This document shows positions 26,536 to 37,721 of a stretch of DNA of 64,000 bases, one piece after another; position 1 is the stretch's first letter; each line of letters starts with the position of its first letter. The position numbers and the translations under genes were made by a program. Below the pieces are notes generated by a model. The model was not told where the DNA came from. It saw only the letters and a list, made by a program, of their open reading frames with translations, and did not search any database. Source of the DNA: Vicugna vicugna (taxonomy: Eukaryota); contig MU058687.1 of NCBI GenBank assembly GCA_013265495.1, positions 4,276,093 through 4,340,092 on the forward strand, in the 5' to 3' direction.

Positions 26536-27034
26536 GGGGGGCATTTAGCCTCCCGAGACCTCTGCTTCCTTCTGAGTCCCGTGGGCTCCTGGCTTCAGCC
26601 CACCTTCTACTTTGGGTTTCTGTCCTCGTTCTCATTTATGAAGACTTGATCTTCCTTTGAAGGCAGCGTGTACTTTCATTGCTTTCTTTTCTCTTTTTGA
26701 TAACTGCCGTTACTGTGTTTGGTGCAGAGTTGGGACCTCTAGATGTGAACTTAAATACTACTTTGCCTGGAAATCCTGTGCTCTTTCTTATTCTGCAGGG
26801 TATCCGCAAAGCCTGGGGCACAGATGAATCCATGTATGTCTTCATGAACGTTATAACTCTGTAAACAATAAAGTAGCATCATCTGTGTTTCCATACTCTC
26901 TGGATACCCTTTACTTAAAGGAAAGTTTCCTGAAACCCATGAGTAGAACTAGCCTGTCTCCAAGTTTGGACTGGCCCGGGGAGAAGAGAGAAAGGCTGAG
27001 TCGCCAAAGGATGAGACCTACTGGTGACGTCATT

Positions 27035-27250
27035 AGGATCAGTTACTGCAGCTGCACTGTTTATTGGTGCCTGTTCTGGCTACAGCATCTGCTTATTCTT
27101 CACAACAACTTTACTGGGTAGGTTTCATAAGCCCCATTTTACAGATGCATAAGTCAAAGGAGATCAAGTGACTTGTCCAAGGTCACTGAGGCAGGAGGGG
27201 CTGGGTGGGAATTTCCAGACAGGTCAAGTCTGAAGCCCCAGTGCTCTCCC
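27035..27250 (-). mobile_element. MIR SINE
   Basis: 'cttcacaacaact..ccccattttacagatg..aagtgacttgtccaaggtcac'. Confidence 0.8.
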
Positions 27251-27514
27251 CCTCATATGGTCATGTTGCCTCCTGCAATTAATGTTCTATCCATTCTCTC
27301 ATCCACCTCCCAGATCCACCTCTAAAAGAATGACTTAAAATATTCTTTTCTGTCTACTAATGACACTTTTAAGAATAATTTCTTTCTCAATTTGTGGCCC
27401 ATCGCAAGCTTGGGTAACCCTTCCAGGGGAAGATTTGGATCCAATTTTCTCTATTTACTCAACTGCCTTTCTCTACAGGTGTCCACATTTATGGACCCAA
27501 CCTGGAGGATTTTT

Positions 27515-27769
27515 TGACCATTTAAATTCCCTTTTATTCTTTCTCTTTTCTGTGCCATGTACCATGACCTTAACGCATGTGCTATTCTTTGTATTTCTAT
27601 TTAACTATTTTGCATGTTTATATTTTATCATCCCAACTGGACAGTTGGTGGTTTTTAGGGAGAACCTATGAATTCTCCATTTTCTTTCCCAGGGCTTGAT
27701 GTGAATAGTTGATGAAATGAAAGCCTAACTGTGGAATCTGGATAAAATGTAATCACTATGAAAGTTAAT
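27515..27769 (+). repeat. Copy A of a diverged direct duplication (partner 31254-31512)
   Basis: Colinear matches along ~255 bp, e.g. 'catttaaattcccttttattctt' vs 'catttacattcccttttattctt'. Confidence 0.85.
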
Positions 27770-27976
27770 GAAGTGATCTCCACCACATTAACTGCAGCTT
27801 ATTTTGCTTTTATTTTTGTGTTCAATGATAAACAGTTCACGGTCCCCCATCTCCTTCAGCCTCATACTCCAAACTAGAGATGGCACAGGCCCTGGGGAAT
27901 CTCCTGGCCACCCTTCCCCTCCTTGTTTCAGCTCCAGGTCTCAGGTGTGCAAGATGAGTGGGGAAAACATGCTGCT

Positions 27977-27977
<1 letters not shown>

Positions 27978-28014
<37 letters not shown>
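27978..28014. repeat. Poly-C tract (C37)
   Basis: Directly visible. Confidence 0.95.
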
Positions 28015-28017
<3 letters not shown>

Positions 28018-28469
28018 TCGTTTCAAATTGCTTTTAGCCATCCTCACTGTCCTAGGGCGCCTCCTCACCTCCAGTTTATTTCTGGTTTCTCATTGATTCT
28101 TAAAATCTGAGCTGAGAATTCTCCTTTCCCTAGTTTGTGACTTTATCTCTTTCTTTTCCCTTCCTCATGGAGGTGACACTTGAGTCTGAGCCAACAATCC
28201 ATCTTACTCAGGGCCTATTTAAAGGATGTCTCGTATGTAAAAAGGCTAGAAATAGAGACTGAGAGTTTGATTCCAGCATGAAAACCAGGCGTCAGTAATG
28301 ATCCACCTTGTAGTGTGTTAAATAGACTCTGGCATCAGCTAAATTATTTCTGCAATACTGAAGTATTTTGATCAAAATAGACAAGCAGACAAAGGGCTTT
28401 GCAAAAGAATTTGTTTCCTGGTTCTCAGGCGTGCTAGCATTGAGGTCTTGTGCAGAATCTCACCCTCTG

Positions 28470-28483
28470 GCTCCCTCTAGTGG
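28470..28483 (-). promoter_or_regulatory. CTCF-like core motif CCACTAGAGGGAGC
   Basis: Close match to the CCASYAGRKGGCRS consensus (1 mismatch); motif only. Confidence 0.4.
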
Positions 28484-28889
28484 CTACATAGAAACATGCC
28501 TGGCTTTGTGAGGCCAAGTTATTCCATGCAAAGAATAGTTTCTTATTTGACATTAAGACCTTATCACCAGTTTTTGTTTTAACTTAGAATGTGTTTGGTC
28601 ACTTAAGTATGTGTTTCTTTTCTGTGTTTATTTAGTTTTGAATTATCTGTGATACAGTGATAAGTTATGGCAGGCATTTTATAGTTATTTTAAAATAGAA
28701 CATTTAAAAATGCCATTTAATGGTTTCTTGGAGGCATTTAAAGTAGCAGGAATAAAGAAGAAGGAGAAGCATAAGAGGGAAGAGGCAGAGGAGAAGTTCT
28801 AATGCTGAAACAAGTCAAAATCAGCACCTAATTCTAAAACGTTCTTTCTTAATCAGAGTACATTGACAACGACCTCCAAATTCTTTAAT

Positions 28890-29340
28890 GGTTTACTGTT
28901 GACGGTAGGATGAAATTTAATACTTTTACCTGATGTGCAAGGCCCTTTACAATCTAATCCTTGCCTACCTGAATTCAGAGTCAGCCCTACAACTGTCCAC
29001 CTTGAATTTTATGCTCCGAAACACATACCATTACGGTTCTCTGAATATATCAACGTCTCTCACAGCGATGACTGTGTGTTCTGTGTGCCCTCTGTCTGGA
29101 ACAGGTGCTCTGGTTCTTATGCTCCTGGTAACTTATGCACATCCTTCAAATCTCAGCTCACCTGCCTCTCCCTCTGTGAGGTTAGCCTTGTTTCCCTGGC
29201 GAGGCTCAAGCTGCTTTCCCTTCATTTCCCATCACACTTTGTGGTCAGCTCTTCTGTCGTATTAGCTGTTCTCTTTCTCCTCTCTAGACCTCTGTTCTGA
29301 GGACAGAAACCATGAAGTTTCATCCTTCTAGTCCAGCTTT
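28890..29340 (+). mobile_element. LINE L2 fragment
   Basis: 'caaggccctttacaatcta', 'tgccctctgtctggaac', 'catccttcaaatctcagctca', 'ctagacctctgttctgaggacagaaaccatg'. Confidence 0.7.
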
Positions 29341-29589
29341 AGCGAGGGCGGGGTTGGGGGAAGGTCGCTAAAAATGTTGAAAGGCATCTTTCCCATTTCC
29401 TGGAATGTTGAGCTAACGTGAAGCGAGCAAAAGTTAAAATCTTTTTCAGGTGATGCTGAAAATTCTAACTCACCTAAAAATGACTTTTTATTATGATTCT
29501 GCCTTTTAAGTTATTACACACTTTAGTCTTTCTTCACTGTTAAAAAAAATCACTGTTACTGACATCACTAAAGAAATGTCAGTTCCATG

Positions 29590-29603
29590 TGACCTTTTGA
29601 ACC
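29590..29603 (-). promoter_or_regulatory. DR2 nuclear-receptor element GGTTCA-aa-AGGTCA
   Basis: Perfect RGKTCA-N2-RGKTCA; motif only. Confidence 0.4.
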
Positions 29604-29759
29604 CTGGGAACATGTGACTCATAAGCCTTGAATGAAGTGCTGTTTAAAGAAAGACATGCCTTCTTGCCTTGTCTGTCGTCCTCGGACCTCTCTGCATGCC
29701 CACATAATGGGGAATGACCTCAGAAGCAAAGTCCAGGTGACGTCTGCCATTCATACAGC

Positions 29760-29975
29760 ACCACAACAGCTCCCGTTTACTATGCGCTCACTCGATGCCA
29801 GGCACTTTATTCACATCATCACAACCTATCTTCACCCCCAACAGTACGATGTGGGGACAGTTATTATGTATGTTATTTGCAGATGAAGCTGTGGCTCAGA
29901 GATGATGTGATACATTAAGATTGTTCAAATAGTAAATGGCAGACTGGGACTCAGAATCAGGCACTCTGGTTATAG
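29760..29975 (-). mobile_element. MIR SINE
   Basis: 'tgccaggcact..tttgcagatgaagctgtggctcagaga..agtaaatggcagactgggactc'. Confidence 0.75.
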
Positions 29976-29995
29976 GGACTGGCCTCTCTTTAGGG

Positions 29996-30208
29996 CAGTG
30001 GTTCTCAACTAGGGGCGGTTTTGCATCCCACGGGATGTTGGGCAGTGTCTGGAGATGTGTTTGATTGTCATAACTGGGGGACGGGGTGTTACTGGCACCT
30101 AGTGGTAGAGGCCAGGGATGCAGCTGAATATCTCAAACGCACAGGATAGTCATCCACAAAGAATTACCCCGCCTAACTTACCAGTAGTGCCCAGGTTGAG
30201 AATGTCTG
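29996..30208 (+). mobile_element. hAT-Charlie MITE MER20
   Basis: 'cagtggttctcaactaggggcggttttg..tgtctggaga..ttgtcataactgggg..tactggcacctagtggtagaggccagggatgc..ccaggttgagaa'. Confidence 0.92.
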
Positions 30209-30308
30209 TTTAATGGGAACAAACCAGGCAGGAATTCATGGCAACTGAATTTATAGGCTAATCAGCCTTGACATTTGCTGTTTTTGTCCTGTTGCCTTTT
30301 TTAAAGCA

Positions 30309-30458
30309 TTATTTATTTACTTTTTTTTTATTTTTGGGGAGGGTGTAATTAGGTTTATTTATCTACTTATTTATTTATTTTAATGAAGGTGCTGGGGATT
30401 GAACCCAGGACCTTGTACATGCTAAGCACGTGCTCTACCACTGAGCTATACTCTCCCC
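30309..30458 (-). mobile_element. tRNA-derived SINE of the camelid vic-1 type
   Basis: Minus strand GGGGAGAGTATAGCTCAGTGGTAGAGCACGTGCTTAGCATGTACAAGGTCCTGGGTTCAATCCCCAGCACC, then (TAAA)n, CCTAATTACACCCTCCCC and an A-rich tail; Pol III A and B boxes intact. Confidence 0.88.
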
Positions 30459-30489
30459 ATCAGCGTCTTTTCTTCTTATGACTTTGGCT

Positions 30490-31200
30490 ACTACCTTTAT
30501 CGGGATGATTTCCAAAAATCAAATTTGGATGATTTATAAGTGGAATCCTGACCTCTCAGTAGAATTCTCACTTCTTAGTTTCAACTCTCAGGAGGCCATT
30601 TTTGTTTGAGTGGTTTTCCCCACAGTTCCACCCCCAGGACCTGTAACCTCAGAGTACCTGTCACTCCTTGTTTCTCCCGTTGTGACCTCGTCCTTTAAAT
30701 CACAGGTGTGGCCTTCTCCTTGGCCAGGCTGGAAACTGGGGTTCATTTCCTCTTCTCTTTCGCACTGTTCTTTCCACTTCCCCCATCGCTGCATCCTCTC
30801 CAGTCTGTAACTGAGTACTGATGACTTTTCCTGAGCTGGTTCTCACAATTTATTTCTATTCCACCATAACCCTGACCTAGGTCTTCTTCATGTCTTGTGA
30901 CATTGCTGCGATAGCCTTCCACTTGGCCTCCCTGACCCCATTACTATTCTCTTTCAATATTATCTTGCACAACCACCCACCTAATTTCCCTAAGCTGACT
31001 CTTTGGCCTCATGTTCTTTAGTACCTCCTTCTGCTGTTGGTACCACACAGCTGGCATCTGGCATTTAAGATTCTCCAGGATCTGACCTGCACCTATCTTT
31101 CCAGTCCTGTCATCTTCATCACCTCCTCACCTTCTCTCAAACATCCCATGTGCATCCCTGCCTCCTTCCCTTTGCCCAGACTGTGGTCTCCAGGTGAATG
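30490..31200 (+). mobile_element. Degenerate LINE L2 body
   Basis: 'gatgatttccaaa', 'cctgacctctc', 'tagccttccacttggcctccctgac', 'tggcatttaagattctccaggatctgacc'. Confidence 0.6.
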
Positions 31201-31253
31201 TTCCCAGCTCCCCCCCACCTCTACAAAGATTCCCTCATCTTCAGACCCCATCA

Positions 31254-31512
31254 TGATCATTTACATTCCCTTTTATTCTTCCTCTTTCCTGTACCACTCA
31301 TGTTGGCAGTGTTGGCTATGCTGGTCCTTTGAATTTTTATTTAAATATTTTATATGTTAATGTTTTATCACTCCGAGTGGACAGTTACTTTTTTTTCCAA
31401 AGGAGAACCTCTGAATTTTTTCACTTTCTTTCCCAAGGCCTGATATCATAGCTTCTTGAATAAAAGTCTAACTATATGATCTGGGTAAAATGAAATCATT
31501 TTGCGAGTTAAT
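31254..31512 (+). repeat. Copy B of a diverged direct duplication (partner 27515-27769)
   Basis: See copy A; ends 'aagtctaactatatgatctgggtaaaatgaaatcattttgcgagttaat'. Confidence 0.85.
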
Positions 31513-32289
31513 CATCTATAAAATGATAAAAATGACATTTTATCACTCTTCAACAAAGCATGGTAATAGCCTCCCCATTTGAAAGATAATCCATAATCTC
31601 TAAATAAAGTTTATAGAGAGTGCATGAAAACAATGAAACTAAAAGTCGATAGACTTTTTGTGAGTATGATGCTAAAAATCAGTATGTTGGGGGATTTTCA
31701 TAGTTGTGACTTCAACCAACATACACAAATTTAAAAAACAAACAAGATTTGGTGGATGGAAAAATTGAAAACATGAAGGGCAATGGGAAAAATGGGATCC
31801 TTCGTGTTTTATAAGGGTCATGGTTAGATAAAACTTTAAGCCAGTCATAATTCTTATGTCACTGACAGAGAATTAAACCATAAAAGTCAGTGCATTGCTC
31901 ATTAATTTGACTGATTTGTTAAACCTGATTCTGGTATGATTCTATTTGCTATTAGAAGATAAAACTTCAATGATAGTGACAGTGGAGCAGGGGGCTCTAT
32001 TACCTGGTGTAATTACAACTTCAGTGAATCAGATTCAGACTCGTTGAAGGCTATTTACGCTCCAGCCCTGGTCACACTTCCCAGTTTTACGTCCCAGTGT
32101 TTCTCTTCACACCGTGTCCCGCAGACCAGACGAACCGGATGCCCACCGACTCTCCCTGTGTCTTCCCACCTCTACCACTTCCGTTGTTTCTTCTGCCCAG
32201 AACGCTGTTGCCAATAGTGTTGCCATCTCTGAACCTCTTCTTGACACCCTCTGAATATCACCTATTCTCTGTCATTCTCTATCGTTGAT

Positions 32290-32630
32290 ATTCTCTGTCC
32301 CCCCTGCTCTTCTCCTCTTTGCATTTTGGTTTCTTTCTTTCACACCTGCTGTCCCTATATGGCTGGAGCCATGGCCTTGGCAGATACAGGCTCACATACT
32401 TACAGCCAGAGGACCAGAGAGGAAAGCAAGTTTTCCCTGCCAAGTCCACTTAGGAAAATTGAGAAGGACCTTGATACCTTGGCTTGGGGCATGTGTTCAT
32501 TCCTGGAATGATAACTGTAGCCAACGTGACGTACACAGTGATTGTCCTGGCCTGGGTCACAGGCCCTCCTCCCCGCCAGGGAGTCAGGGCTGCTACAAGG
32601 AGGGGGTGTGGTGCTGGGAAGACAAGCCCG
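32290..32630 (-). mobile_element. Old MaLR LTR fragment (MLT1K/L-like)
   Basis: 'gcttggggcatgtgttcattcctggaatgataactgtagcca', 'tgattgtcctggcctgggtcac'. Confidence 0.55.
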
Positions 32631-32754
32631 TGTCTCCCCTAAAAGTAAAAAGAAAAACTGTCCATAGTGCCAACACACAAAGGCATGCAATGCTAACAGT
32701 TAGACATTTTCTTTAAGTCTTTTTTTCTATTCAGTGTTGAAATCGGGCTGTATA

Positions 32755-33045
32755 GAGTTGTCCCATGGTGTATGTGGGAGTTGGTTACAGGGCCCCCTGT
32801 GGACACCAAAATCCACAGGTGCTCAGGTCCTCATATAACCTACACTCACCCTCCTGTACACTGTACATCATCTCTAGATACTTACACTACCTAATACAGT
32901 GTAAATGCTGTGTAAATAGTTGACAGTGCACAGCCAGTTCAAGTTTTGCTTTTGGGAAACTTCTGGAAATTTTTTTTCAAACATTTCTGATCTGTGGTTG
33001 GTTGACTCTGTGGCTGCAGAGCCCATGGATACAGAAGGCCAACTG
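32755..33045 (+). mobile_element. TcMar-Tigger MITE, MER2/MER2B-like
   Basis: 'ccctgtggacaccaaaatccacaggtgctcaggtcc', 'tcatctctagatacttacactacctaatacagtgtaaatgct', end 'cccatggatacagaaggccaactg'. Confidence 0.85.
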
Positions 33046-34499
33046 CATATGATTTTGGATCTTGTTTTCTTATGACTGTGAAGTCAGTGTTACTCCATAG
33101 TCTTATAAACCCTTCATGCACCTGCAGGGTGCTGTGAGGTTGGATTTCCTCAACATGCCAGAGACGTCGTCAAGGAATACCTTCAGTGCTTCTATCTCTG
33201 TCACACTCCAGTCCCCGAGCTGCTCAGATAGAGAGTTAAGGAGAAACCAAGTAGTGTGTAAACTTTGAACTGTGTGGTTATGACTGATGTTTTCCTGGGC
33301 TGTGTTTTCTACAGTAGGTTTTGTACGGATGCTTTCCAGCCTGTGCACATTTCACACAACACGTCAAAGTGTCACCACTTACAGACTGCGTTCGAGTTAG
33401 TATATTCAAGAGAGAACGCATTTAATACATGTCTTGAGAATTTTAGCCACATCTTGATAAGAAATAATCTAATGCAAACAGCTGTGAGCATTTTTTGTTA
33501 ACATCCTCTGTGGCTCACCATCTTTATTAATAACACTCCTGGCTAAATTCAGTGTTCTTAGATCGCTTCCATTGTAGAACCAAGGAATGTAGAGTTGTCA
33601 GGGGAACTTGAATGTATCTAGTCCAGTGCTTCAACTTTGCTGAAGTCCCTTTTGCAAACCCATAATAGTCAGCCGTGTTTCCTTAGTTTAAATATGTCCA
33701 ACTATAGGCTATGAGGAACCTTTATTACAGTATCAGTTAGCTTCTTCCATAGTGAGGCAGCTCAGATTTCTGGTTTCTGGAACTTCTTCCCCCCACCAAT
33801 TTTTGCCAGAATCTTCTGTCACCTACTCTTCTTATATTGATTATATTTTTGCTTTTAGAATTACGTTAAATATTTTTGTACTCTTCTTTCAATCTGTTTG
33901 TCTATCTAATCTACCTACCATTTATTTATCTATGAAAAATCCACCTATCTACCTATCATTTATCTGTAAAAATATCTGTTAAAAATGTACCTATGAAAAA
34001 GGAAGCTATCCTGTCTTCCCTTTGCCTTGCCCTTCCGGTTGCTGGCCACATTCAGGTCATTTAGTCGTTCCTGGTGACAGTTTTCTTACCGCTGCCCTTT
34101 CCTGTCCCACTTTCTGTGTGCTCAGGTTCTTTTAAAAACATGCCATCCAAAGTCAACGGTTCCCGTCACAGGGAAGAGTCTATCCGTCGGACATCTGCTT
34201 CCATTCTGCATGTGGCAGGAAGGGACTGGAGCCCAGCCGCGTGGAGTCACACTCAGACGGCAGCTCGTTCTGGCAGTGAGACTCTGGGCTGGACGAGTCC
34301 CACCCCCTCTACACGTGGGTCCTCCCACCTGTCGACCGTGGGTATCAGTGGCAGCCACCTGGTAGGGTTATGAAGAGGATCACGTCCTCGGCCAACAGTG
34401 AGCCCTCTGTTGTGAATACTTTTCTGTTATCATTATAATCTGACTCCTGGTGCCATTTTAACAACTAAATCATGACTGTTTGTTGTCACCTCCAGGTCT

Positions 34500-34868
34500 T
34501 CAAACCTGTGACTTTCCCCGCCAGAGCATTCTTTCCAGGAGAGTCTAAGGGCTGGCTCCATCTTAAGTTTTCACAGCTTGAATATCATGTCTCTGAGACC
34601 CTCCCCTTCCCACATTGCTGGTACAAAAAGTCTGTTCTTGCCCTGGTCACCTTCTATCCCTGTGCTCTGTTTCATTTTCTTCACTGATTTATCATCACCT
34701 GACATTATCATCTTCATTAATCTGCTTGACTATTAGCTCATTTTGTCTCCACTGGAATGTAAGAGACATGAGGCTGGAGATCTCTCTTTGTCTCATTTAC
34801 CAATGTTCACAGCTGCTAGAATCATGTCTGGCACATACTAAGCACACAGCAAACTTTGTTGTATGAAA
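34500..34868 (+). mobile_element. LINE L2 3' end
   Basis: 'tgtctccactggaatgtaagagacatgagg..gctagaatcatgtctggcacatactaagcac'. Confidence 0.8.
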
Positions 34869-35089
34869 GCTTTGGGTCCATGAAGATTTCCAAATGCTTT
34901 TCAGATAATTTTTTTTCCGACATAGATCTCCTCTGTCCCATATCAATGTAATGAATTTTTAAAATCTAAATCCCAAACCCGTATTGATCCTTAATCAATA
35001 CGACTTCTTGCTTTCTGGCCAGAGTTCCAGCATTCCTGAATTGTTTTGAAGTTGATGCTGGACTTTATAGGAATTATGCTCATTTTATA

Positions 35090-35325
35090 GTAATGATAGC
35101 ATCACGCATGTGTTGGGGGCTTACTATGTGAGAAGCACTCATAAATCTGGACATAGTGTCTTGTTTAATACTTCAGACAACCCTGTAAGGTAAATATCAT
35201 TGTATTCCCATTTTAAAAATGAGAGCGCCAAGGCACAGTGAGGGCTAGACACTGACCACACAGCTAGTAAGTTGCAGAGCTGGGGTTTGAACCCAGGCAG
35301 TCTGACTTCCTAGGCTGCATGTTCA
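35090..35325 (-). mobile_element. MIR SINE, near full length
   Basis: 'acaaccctgtaaggta..cccattttaaaaatgag..cacagctagtaagttgcagagctggggtttgaacccaggcagtctgact'. Confidence 0.88.
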
Positions 35326-35393
35326 CTGGTGTCATAAATAACCTTCTCCTGAACTTTGTATTGCTTGCAAATTTGATATATGTTTCATCTATA

Positions 35394-35797
35394 CAGGTTC
35401 CCCCACTATCCAAGAGTAGAACATTCCTATGAAACCCTGTGTAAGCTGAAATGGTGTAAAGCAAAGACACAGTTACCTTAAGGCACATCTTGCTAACGAC
35501 TGTACACAATAAATCGAGATGAAGCACAGATGCTCACAGACACGCGTCAAAGCTGTGGCCTCTTGATGCAGAGGTGCTGAGTGCAGTTCTAGGGGGAGGA
35601 GCTTGGTGGCGCCACTCTCGGCTGCTCTGGGTGTGGGCTGTCTCTGGGACAGCTCGCTGCAAAACAAACACTGATGCTGTTTTTACCTTTCTCCTCTTTT
35701 AGGGATTTCTTTCAGTTCATGAAAACAGGTACTGACATAGGTCTTTTGCAAAAGTGAAGTGGCATAAAGTGGACTTTCACCAAGCAGGGCATACCTG
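35394..35797. mobile_element. Non-autonomous TcMar-Tigger DNA transposon
   Basis: Flanked by TA / TG; imperfect TIRs caggttcccccactatccaagagt vs reverse complement caggtatgccctgcttggtgaaagt; subfamily uncertain. Confidence 0.7.
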
Positions 35798-36079
35798 TGT
35801 CTATGTTCGACTTATCCTAAGATGCCTGAGCCAATACTGAGGCTTTGTGACCCTCTGGTACCTTTCATACTGAACCGACAGTCAGTGCATTTTGCTCATG
35901 TTGCCCACCAGCTCAGAACCTATAAGGCTGAACACAGGAGAGTGGCTGTGGGGAGTTGCTAAGTGTTTAACCAAAGGCAGGATGCACTATATGGCATTCT
36001 AGGAAATACTGGCTAGTGTTCCTGGCAGAAATGTAGTTTACCATTGCTATAGTTTGAAAGCCATATTCTTTTCTGCTTG

Positions 36080-36720
36080 TTCACATTTCATCTTATTTCC
36101 CAGAGGATCTGCAGCCGCTTGCCACAATAATATATTCTAAAATAATGACATGATGTAGGTAGGAATAAAAAATCAGGTCAGCGAAAAATAAATAAGAGTA
36201 AAACAGAGGACTCCGGGGTGGAGGATGAGAGAGACATACATATTCAGGTGTTAATGAACTATACACAGTTGCCTTGACTGAACCTCAAATTTATGTATTT
36301 TAAACACTTCCTGATAGTTAATTTAAAAAAAAGGGACATGATTAGTTCTCATTGTCAATGAGGAAAATTCATACTAGTTATTCAAGGAAAACACAACTTC
36401 CCTATTACATAGCTTGGTGATTTATTTCTACATGGGTCTTTCAGTGGCAGGATGAACAAATACTTCCACGGCATGCATGCTGTGAACTTGGTTTCATGTG
36501 ACCTTTTCTTGTCTAGTCCCTTGGTAAAAGCTGAGAATATGACACTAAAGCATTATTCAAGGAAAGCAAATCTGGAAAGAATGGAAAATCCAGATCTTAT
36601 GGTCAAAGGATAGACAGAACTTAGAAGACTCTATTCTTCTAGCAGTCCTCCATTTATATTTATCTTACCTGAGGTTTTCAATAAATTTGGGCAGCAGGCA
36701 GCTCAAAGGAGGAGTCTTTG
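36080..36720 (-). mobile_element. Possible ancient RTE-X (L4) LINE 3' fragment
   Basis: 'cttatttcccagaggatctgcagccgctt' resembles the recalled antisense L4 3' end; weak. Confidence 0.4.
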
Positions 36721-36929
36721 GGGAGAGTTTGAGGTGTTCTGGGTGGTTTACTGTTGGATTCATTACTTTAGGAAATGGATGAGAAGATGTAGAGGCTGAG
36801 TCTTTTTCTGGAAATTAAGGATCTAACCAAGTTTTTTTTTTAAATTAAAAGCCCTTTTCTATGTCAACATATGAGAGAAATTAACTTTACCTACTGCCTC
36901 TGCTGTAAGTTTTCATCCCTTATTCCTTT

Positions 36930-37110
36930 ATTCAGTCTTTCAACAATTATTTATCGAGCACCTATTATGCCTTAGAAGCCTGGGTTGTAGCAGTGAATAA
37001 GGCAGGCATGGTCCGTCCCTTAATAGAGTGTTGGTTCTAGCTGGGAATGCAACTGTTAAAGAAGATAATTATGTTGTTACAACTTTGCTAAGATCTACTG
37101 AAGACACTTA
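36930..37110 (-). mobile_element. LINE L2 3' end
   Basis: 'ttcaacaattatttatcgagcacctattatgcc..agcagtgaataaggcaggcatggtcc'. Confidence 0.75.
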
Positions 37111-37721
37111 CAGGGTGAAAAGCTAGCATGCAAATGGCAGTCCAGCTCAGGGCTTAACCCCTTCTGGTTTGAATACAGTGTCCCCATATTATGGAAACTG
37201 TTTCCTCTAAGATATTAATAGACTTCTAATCACAAATGCCCTGTTCCAGTCTCTACAGACGTCAATGTTCAGCAGCATGGTGTACTATGAAAAATAGAGA
37301 ACAGATAGAAATCTGCATTGCTGCTGCTCGGGGATGGGTTGGGGGGAGGTGGGGGCTCTGGCTCCTGGGGCTTTCCCTAGACTTGGCAATCCTGGGATCA
37401 CCTCTTTATGCCCTGGTGGCACTCGTTTGAAAACCGCTCTTCTAGAAGGCTCAACAGTAAACCACTATGCATGTGCCTTAAACTTGAAAGTGTCTGAGAT
37501 AAGTTCAGGGAAAAGAAAGCATATTATGACTGAAGACCATAAAATGAACTAATGAGCATACAGGTGCCACACACAAGCTTCTTCCCTCAGAGTTGAGCTG
37601 ATTCACATTCCTTCTTTTGGTTCCACTTCCTACTCAGGAACTCGGCTTTTTTTTACTTCATTTGTATTTACCCCTTTGAACTTGATATTAGGGCTGATGT
37701 AATATAGAAGTGGAAATTGTC

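Noticed and set aside
27804..28037. ORF with a poly-proline run
   Set aside because: Translation of the C37 homopolymer
30385..30458. tRNA-like sequence
   Set aside because: It is the head of a SINE, followed by the SINE body and A-rich tail, not a tRNA gene
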